From Candidatus Methylomirabilota bacterium (GTDB lineage Bacteria > Methylomirabilota > Methylomirabilia > Rokubacteriales > DASRDR01), in assembly GCA_036001225.1 (NCBI GenBank), contig DASYUM010000147.1:1-57767 (forward strand): a stretch of DNA of 57,767 nucleotides, in the 5' to 3' direction. A program made the translations under genes and the position numbers. The notes below the pieces were generated by a model, which was not told where the DNA came from, made no database searches, and saw only the letters and a list, made by a program, of their open reading frames with translations. Shown one piece after another: positions 53,086 to 57,767 of the stretch; position 1 is the first letter of the stretch, and every line of letters begins with the position of its first letter.

Positions 53086-54065
53086 CCGAGCCGCTCCTGT
53101 CTGTCCGTGGCTTGACCGTCGAGTTCGACGCGCCCCCGGGGGCCGCCCGCGTCCTGACCGGCGTGGACCTCGACGTCGCCCCCGCCGAGGTCGTGGGCCT
53201 GGTCGGGGAATCGGGCTGCGGCAAGAGCGTCACCGCCCTGGCGATGCTGCGGCTGCTCCGGGCCCCGGGCCGGATCACCGGCGGGAGCGTTCGCTTCCAG
53301 CGGCGGGAGCTGACCACGCTCTCGGAAGCCGAGATACGGCGGGTACGCGGGCGCGGGATCGCCATGATTTTCCAGGCGCCCCGCGAGTCGCTGAACCCCG
53401 TGCTGACCATCGGGCAGCAGCTCGCGCTCGTGCTGGCCCGCCACGACGGGCTACGCGGCCGGCGGGCGCGAGCGCGGGCCGAGGAGCTGTGCGCCATGGT
53501 CGAGCTCGGGGATACCCGCCGCATTCTCGGCGCCTACCCCCACGAGCTGTCGGGCGGGATGTGCCAGCGCGCGATGATCGCCCTCGCCCTGGCCTGCCGG
53601 CCGGCGCTGCTCGTCGCCGACGAGGCGACGACGGCGCTCGACGTCACCGTCCAGCTCCAGATCCTGCTGCTGCTCCGTCGCCTGCGCGACAGCCTCGGGC
53701 TCGCTCAGCTCCTCATCACCCACAACCTGGGGGTGGTCGCCGAGGCCTGCCAGCGCGTGGCCGTGATGTACGCGGGCGAGATCGTCGAGAGCGCGCCGGC
53801 CGAGCAGCTCTTCGCCGCCCCCTGGCATCCCTATACCCGCCGCCTGCTGGCCGCGCGGCCGCGGATCGGCGCGCCCCCGGCCGGGGACGCGATCCCGGGC
53901 AGCGTCCCCGATCCGCGTCGGCGCCCGACCGGCTGCCCGTTCCACCCGCGCTGCTACCAGGCGCAGCCGACCTGTCGGGAGAGCCACCCGGCGTCGGAAG
54001 AGCTCGCGCCGGGGCGCCACGTCCGCTGCTTCTATCCTGAGCCGGCGCCGGGACCCCACCGGTGA
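53082..54065 (+). CDS. ABC transporter ATP-binding protein (DppD/OppD type)
   Basis: 327 aa with a GTGA overlap start. Walker A GESGCGKS, signature LSGGMCQR, Walker B LLVADE, and a C-terminal Cys motif (GCPFHPRC). Confidence 0.9.
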   Translation: MTEPLLSVRGLTVEFDAPPGAARVLTGVDLDVAPAEVVGLVGESGCGKSVTALAMLRLLRAPGRITGGSVRFQRRELTTLSEAEIRRVRGRGIAMIFQAPRESLNPVLTIGQQLALVLARHDGLRGRRARARAEELCAMVELGDTRRILGAYPHELSGGMCQRAMIALALACRPALLVADEATTALDVTVQLQILLLLRRLRDSLGLAQLLITHNLGVVAEACQRVAVMYAGEIVESAPAEQLFAAPWHPYTRRLLAARPRIGAPPAGDAIPGSVPDPRRRPTGCPFHPRCYQAQPTCRESHPASEELAPGRHVRCFYPEPAPGPHR

Positions 54066-55048
54066 GTCTCCTCGCCGTGGCCGAACTTTCCAAGGAGTAT
54101 CGGGTCCCCAGTGGCGCGTTCGGCCGGCGTCCACTGGCGGCGGTGGACCGCGTCTCGCTCCGCCTCCGGGAGGGCGAGACGCTCGGCCTCGTCGGCGAGA
54201 GCGGGAGCGGAAAGTCCACCCTGGCCCGCTGCATCCTGCAGCTCGAGCGTCCGTCGGGGGGCACGGTGACCTTCCAGGGCCGGGAGTTGACCGTGCTCGC
54301 CGGCGGCGCTCTCCGCCGCGTCCGCCGGCTGCTGCAGATGGTCTTCCAGGACCCGGCGGCCTCGCTCAACCCGCGACTGCGCGTCGGCTACACCGTGGCC
54401 GAGCCGATACGGCTCCACCGGCTGCGGAGCGGCGAGGCGGCGGTCCGGGCCCGGGTCGAAGAGCTGTTCGGCTGGGTCGGGCTCGGCCCCGAGCACGTGG
54501 CGCGATATCCCCACCAGCTCTCCGGCGGCCAGCAGCAGCGCGTCGCCATCGCCCGCGCCCTGGCCTGCGAGCCGCGGCTGCTCGCGCTCGACGAGCCGAC
54601 CTCGGCTCTCGACGTCTCGGTTCAGGCCGCGCTGTTGGCGCTTCTCGCGGAGCTCCAGAGCCGGCTCGGCCTCGCCTACCTGTTCATCTCGCACGACCTG
54701 GCGGTGGTGAGCACGATGGCGCGGCGGGTGATGGTGCTGTACCTCGGACAGGTCGTGGAGGAAGGGCCGACGGCGGAGATCCTGGGACGGCCCCGCCATC
54801 CCTACACTCAGGCGCTCCTGTCGGCCGTCCCTCGCGACGTTCCGTGGGCCGAGCCAGCCCGGCTCGTCGTGCGGGGAGAGGCCGCCTCGGCTCTGGCGCC
54901 GCCCGCCGGGTGCCGATTCGCCCCCCGCTGCCCGTGGGTCCTGCCTCGCTGCCAGGACGAGCCGCAGCCGCTCCAGCCGGTCGGGGCCGATCACGGGGCG
55001 GCGTGCTGGCGGGCCGCGGGCGGCGAATTACCGATCTGGCGTGCCTGA
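54062..55048 (+). CDS. ABC transporter ATP-binding protein (DppF/OppF type)
   Basis: 328 aa. Walker A GESGSGKS, signature LSGGQQQR, Walker B LLALDE, and a C-terminal GCRFAPRC. Confidence 0.9.
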   Translation: MSLLAVAELSKEYRVPSGAFGRRPLAAVDRVSLRLREGETLGLVGESGSGKSTLARCILQLERPSGGTVTFQGRELTVLAGGALRRVRRLLQMVFQDPAASLNPRLRVGYTVAEPIRLHRLRSGEAAVRARVEELFGWVGLGPEHVARYPHQLSGGQQQRVAIARALACEPRLLALDEPTSALDVSVQAALLALLAELQSRLGLAYLFISHDLAVVSTMARRVMVLYLGQVVEEGPTAEILGRPRHPYTQALLSAVPRDVPWAEPARLVVRGEAASALAPPAGCRFAPRCPWVLPRCQDEPQPLQPVGADHGAACWRAAGGELPIWRA

Positions 55049-55050
55049 GA

Positions 55051-55226
55051 AGTCCTTCGGGGCCGGAGGGGGCCGTCGCGGCCCCCTCGAAGCACCGTTG
55101 GACTGACCGCGCGCAGCGTGACGCCGAACCGCCGCGCGTGTAATGTTCCGCTTCGAGCGGCGGCTTTGCCGCCGCAATCTGTTCTTGGGGGAGGTCTCGG
55201 AGGGGGCCGTCGAGGCCCCCTCCGAA
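55051..55226 (-). repeat. Family-A structured intergenic repeat, copy d (inverted orientation, H1 hairpin at both ends)
   Basis: The reverse complement of 55226-55051 aligns along its full length with 40291-40430. H1 copies lie at 55199-55223 and 55065-55089. It fills the whole convergent gap between stops 55048 and 55232. Confidence 0.8.
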
Positions 55227-55231
55227 TTGAC

Positions 55232-55642
55232 CTAGCAGACTTCGCGCGTGCGCTCCTGGATGAGCTGGCCCTTCTGGTAGACCCGTTCCTGCACGGTACG
55301 GCAGCCGTTCACCGCCCGCTTGACCGGCCGCGCCTCGACGCGCTGGAAGCCATCGGCGGTCTGATACGCCACCGTCCGGTTCTCGTAGGCCGCCTCGCGT
55401 GAGGCGCGGGACGAGATCTCGGTCAGCGTACCGCCGGCCAGCGCGCCCAGCGCGCCGCCGAGAACGGCGCCCCGCCAGCGGTTATTCGAATCGATGAGCG
55501 CTCCCGCGCCCGCTCCGACGGCCGCCCCTGCCCCCGCACCCTGATAGGTGCGGGGCGTCGTCACCAGCGGCTGAGTGGCGCAGGCGGCCAGCAAGCTGGC
55601 CGTCAAGCCGAGCACGAGGACCGCACTGAACATCCGACGCAT
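55232..55642 (-). CDS. Glycine-zipper lipoprotein (17-kDa surface-antigen-like)
   Basis: 136 aa. Lipobox LLAAC and Gly-zipper segments (GAGAGAAVGAGAGA, GAVLGGALGALAGG). Confidence 0.7.
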   Translation of the reverse strand: MRRMFSAVLVLGLTASLLAACATQPLVTTPRTYQGAGAGAAVGAGAGALIDSNNRWRGAVLGGALGALAGGTLTEISSRASREAAYENRTVAYQTADGFQRVEARPVKRAVNGCRTVQERVYQKGQLIQERTREVC

Positions 55643-55813
55643 CGTTGGCCTCCTCTGGTTCCGGCGCGACCGTCGCCGACGCCGTTGCCGCGGGTTCTAT
55701 TCACGCGGCTCCTTGGTCTTTCCGATCTTCTCACCAGCTTCGACGGCGGGGCCCGGCCCCCCCTTCATGGTCGGGCCGACGGGCAGGCGTAGCGACGCGT
55801 GCGGGAACCCGGC

Positions 55814-56314
55814 TCACTCGCCCGGGGGCAGCACCTCCAGGCGGACGCGCGCCGTGCCACGGTCGAGCATGTCCAGCGCCTCGGCGGCGGCCTGGCTGAC
55901 ATCGATCAGGCGACCCCGAACGTAGGGCCCCCGATCCACGATCTGGACCACGACAGTCCGCCCGTTGTCGAGGTTCGTCACCCGCACGCGGCTCCCGAGG
56001 GGCAGCGTCCGGTGGGCGGCGACGAGGGCGTTCATGTCGAACGGCTGGCCCGACGCGGTCGGACGACCGTGGTGGCGCGGGCCGTACCAGGACGCCACGC
56101 CGACCAGGGCGTCAGCGCCCCGCGGCGGCCCGACCTCACGCGGTGGGATGGTCTCTCGTGGCGGGACGGCGTCACGCGGCGGGACGGCTTCGCCTGACCC
56201 CAGCGTCGCGCAGCCGGAGACGGCGAGGAGCGCGAAGAGGAGGGCGGCGGCCCCGGGCCCGCGACTCGCTGTCGTCGCCACGGCCATCAGCAGACCCTGC
56301 GCACGAGTGGGCAT
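55814..56314 (-). CDS. rlpA: RlpA-family lytic transglycosylase lipoprotein (DPBB domain)
   Basis: 166 aa. Lipobox LAVSGC and the DPBB core ASWYGPRHHGRPTASGQPFDMNALVAAHRTLPLGSRVRVTNLDNGRTVVVQIVDRGP. Confidence 0.85.
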   Translation of the reverse strand: MPTRAQGLLMAVATTASRGPGAAALLFALLAVSGCATLGSGEAVPPRDAVPPRETIPPREVGPPRGADALVGVASWYGPRHHGRPTASGQPFDMNALVAAHRTLPLGSRVRVTNLDNGRTVVVQIVDRGPYVRGRLIDVSQAAAEALDMLDRGTARVRLEVLPPGE

Positions 56315-56504
56315 CCATTCACCGCCGAGCCGCGAGCTCCGGTCGCCTGGGTCCGATTCCGAGGGCCATGTCTGAGTTCGATTCTACAGCGGTCCTGGGT
56401 TCGCCAGACGACGTCGGCGCCGGGCACGCCTGTCCTTCCGGTTCGGGAAGCCGTCCGCTACAATGAGAGAGGCAGGTTCACCCGGAGGACCACGAGGAGA
56501 CGGC

Positions 56505-57665
56505 ATGCGTCAGGTCGCGGTGATCGGAGTCGGCGTCACGAAGTTCGGGCGGCACGAGCGGACGTGCGCGGAGCTGTTCGCCGAGGCGGCCGGCGAGGCC
56601 CTCGACGACGCCGGGATCCAGCCGGGCCGGATCCAGGGACTGTACGTCGGGAACGTCGTCGGCGAGGCCGGCGAGCGCCAGCTCCACATGGGGCCCCAGA
56701 TGGCCTCGGCGCTCGGCATCCCGGCGGTCGCCGCCACCCGGTTCGAGGCCGCCTGCGCGTCGAGCCATGCCGCGTTCCGCCACGCGCTCTTCGAGATCGC
56801 CGCCGGCGCCGCCGACGTCCTTCTGGTCGGCGGGGCCGAGCGCGTCCTCACCATGCCGACCGAGCGCTCCACCGAGGTCTTCGCCTACGCCTCGGACGCC
56901 ATCTTCGAGCAGCCGGCCGGGCTCACGTTTCCCGGCGTCTTCGCCCTCATCGCCCGGGCCCACATGGCCAAGCACGGAACGACCGAGGAGCAGATGGCCC
57001 ACGTGGCCGTGAAGAATCACCGCCACGGCGCCCTGAACCCCAAGGCGCAGTTCCGGAAGGAGATCAGCCTCGAGCAGGTGCTGGCCAGCGCGAAGGTGGC
57101 CGATCCGCTCAAGCTGTACGATTGCTGCCCGTTCTCCGACGGCGCCGCCGCCGTCATCATCGCCAGCGAGGAGGTCGCCCGGCGGACCCGCAAGCCGGTG
57201 TGGGTCCTCGGCTCCGCCCAGGCCGGCGACGCCATGTGCCTGCACGACAAGCGCGACCTCAGCCGCGCCCTGGCGACCGAGCGTGCGGCCGAGGCTGCCT
57301 ATCGGCAGGCGGGTCTCGGCCCTCGGAACGTGGACGTGGTCGAGCTGCACGACTGCTTCACGATCGCCGAGATCGTGGCCACCGAGGGACTGGGCCTGGT
57401 CGAGCCGGGCGCCGGCGGCCTCGCCGCCGAGAAGGGGGAAACCAGCCTGGGCGGGCGGATCCCGGTCAACCCCTCGGGCGGGCTCAAGGCCAAGGGGCAC
57501 CCCATCGGCGCCACCGGCGCGGCCCAGATCGCCGAGGTCACCACGCAGCTCCGGGCCGAGGCCGGGCCGCGCCAGGTCGAGGGCGCCCGCGTGGGCTTGA
57601 CCCACACCCTGGGCGGCAACACCGCCACCGTCCTCGTGAGCCTCTTCGGGAATTCACCACGGTGA
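56505..57665 (+). CDS. Thiolase-domain protein (SCP-x / archaeal-type, DUF35-partnered)
   Basis: 386 aa from ATG 56505 (GAGGAGA upstream). Motifs: VIGVGVTKFGR, active-site region FEAACASS, and C-terminal NPSGGLKAKGHPIGATG. Confidence 0.85.
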   Translation: MRQVAVIGVGVTKFGRHERTCAELFAEAAGEALDDAGIQPGRIQGLYVGNVVGEAGERQLHMGPQMASALGIPAVAATRFEAACASSHAAFRHALFEIAAGAADVLLVGGAERVLTMPTERSTEVFAYASDAIFEQPAGLTFPGVFALIARAHMAKHGTTEEQMAHVAVKNHRHGALNPKAQFRKEISLEQVLASAKVADPLKLYDCCPFSDGAAAVIIASEEVARRTRKPVWVLGSAQAGDAMCLHDKRDLSRALATERAAEAAYRQAGLGPRNVDVVELHDCFTIAEIVATEGLGLVEPGAGGLAAEKGETSLGGRIPVNPSGGLKAKGHPIGATGAAQIAEVTTQLRAEAGPRQVEGARVGLTHTLGGNTATVLVSLFGNSPR

Positions 57666-57767
57666 CCGGCGCCGCCCCGCCCGCTCCCGCTCCGGCCAGC
57701 TCCGCGCTCACGCTCGCCGAGTTCTTCGCGGGCGTCCGCGCCGGCCGGCTCGTCGTCCAGCGCTGCA
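57662..57767 (+). CDS. Zn-ribbon/OB-fold (DUF35-type) thiolase partner protein, 5' fragment truncated by the window end
   Basis: GTG 57662 overlaps the thiolase stop (GTGA). The N-terminal ...FFAGVRAGRLVVQRC resembles the start of DUF35 rubredoxin-like ribbons. Confidence 0.5.
   Translation, partial: MTGAAPPAPAPASSALTLAEFFAGVRAGRLVVQRC

Overview
This is a 57.8 kb, roughly 70% GC, densely coding bacterial chromosomal segment from a diderm-type organism (outer-membrane barrel, RlpA and lipoprotein genes present). I could not place the lineage from sequence alone. I support about 57 protein genes. I found no rRNA, tRNA, CRISPR array, transposase or integrase. Many gene pairs are joined by 4-nt ATGA/GTGA stop-start overlaps. 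The high GC also produces many long antisense shadow ORFs in the track, which I rejected.

Ordinary content:
- RelBE-type toxin-antitoxin pair
- msrPQ
- GYD protein
- bifunctional homocysteine methyltransferase/MTHFR plus aroK
- CHASE2-cyclase/FecR/OM-barrel/repeat-lipoprotein cluster
- two family-5 peptide-type ABC transporter loci
- frameshifted panE
- FAH hydrolase
- LysM/TPR lipoprotein, polysaccharide deacetylase and HAMP-cyclase operon
- split cobalamin methyltransferase cluster
- CDF transporter and HAD hydrolase
- sulfite-oxidase-family enzyme with a small c-type cytochrome
- HpcH aldolase
- MBL hydrolase
- M28 peptidase and a SAM methyltransferase
- two SDRs
- frameshifted hyuA, plus hyuB and fumC
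- RlpA
- thiolase with a DUF35-type partner

Main result: 29964-37888 holds two convergent operons, each preceded by a fluoride (crcB-motif) riboswitch with an intrinsic-terminator expression platform.
- The plus-strand operon is pup, then a 2-module CPxC...CxxH protein, then a cation:proton antiporter, a USP and an MFS transporter.
- The minus-strand operon is a 4-module paralogue of that Cys-repeat protein followed by a dynamin-like GTPase.
- No crcB or eriC-F gene is present in the window.
- I read this as a candidate undescribed fluoride-responsive module.

Other notable items:
- an AhpD/CMD-family gene with an in-frame TGA at the CxxC position and a hairpin 11 nt downstream (candidate selenoprotein)
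- two families of structured intergenic repeats showing compensatory base changes; one family sits at gene junctions, flanked by duplications of the downstream start-codon region
- two frameshifted genes
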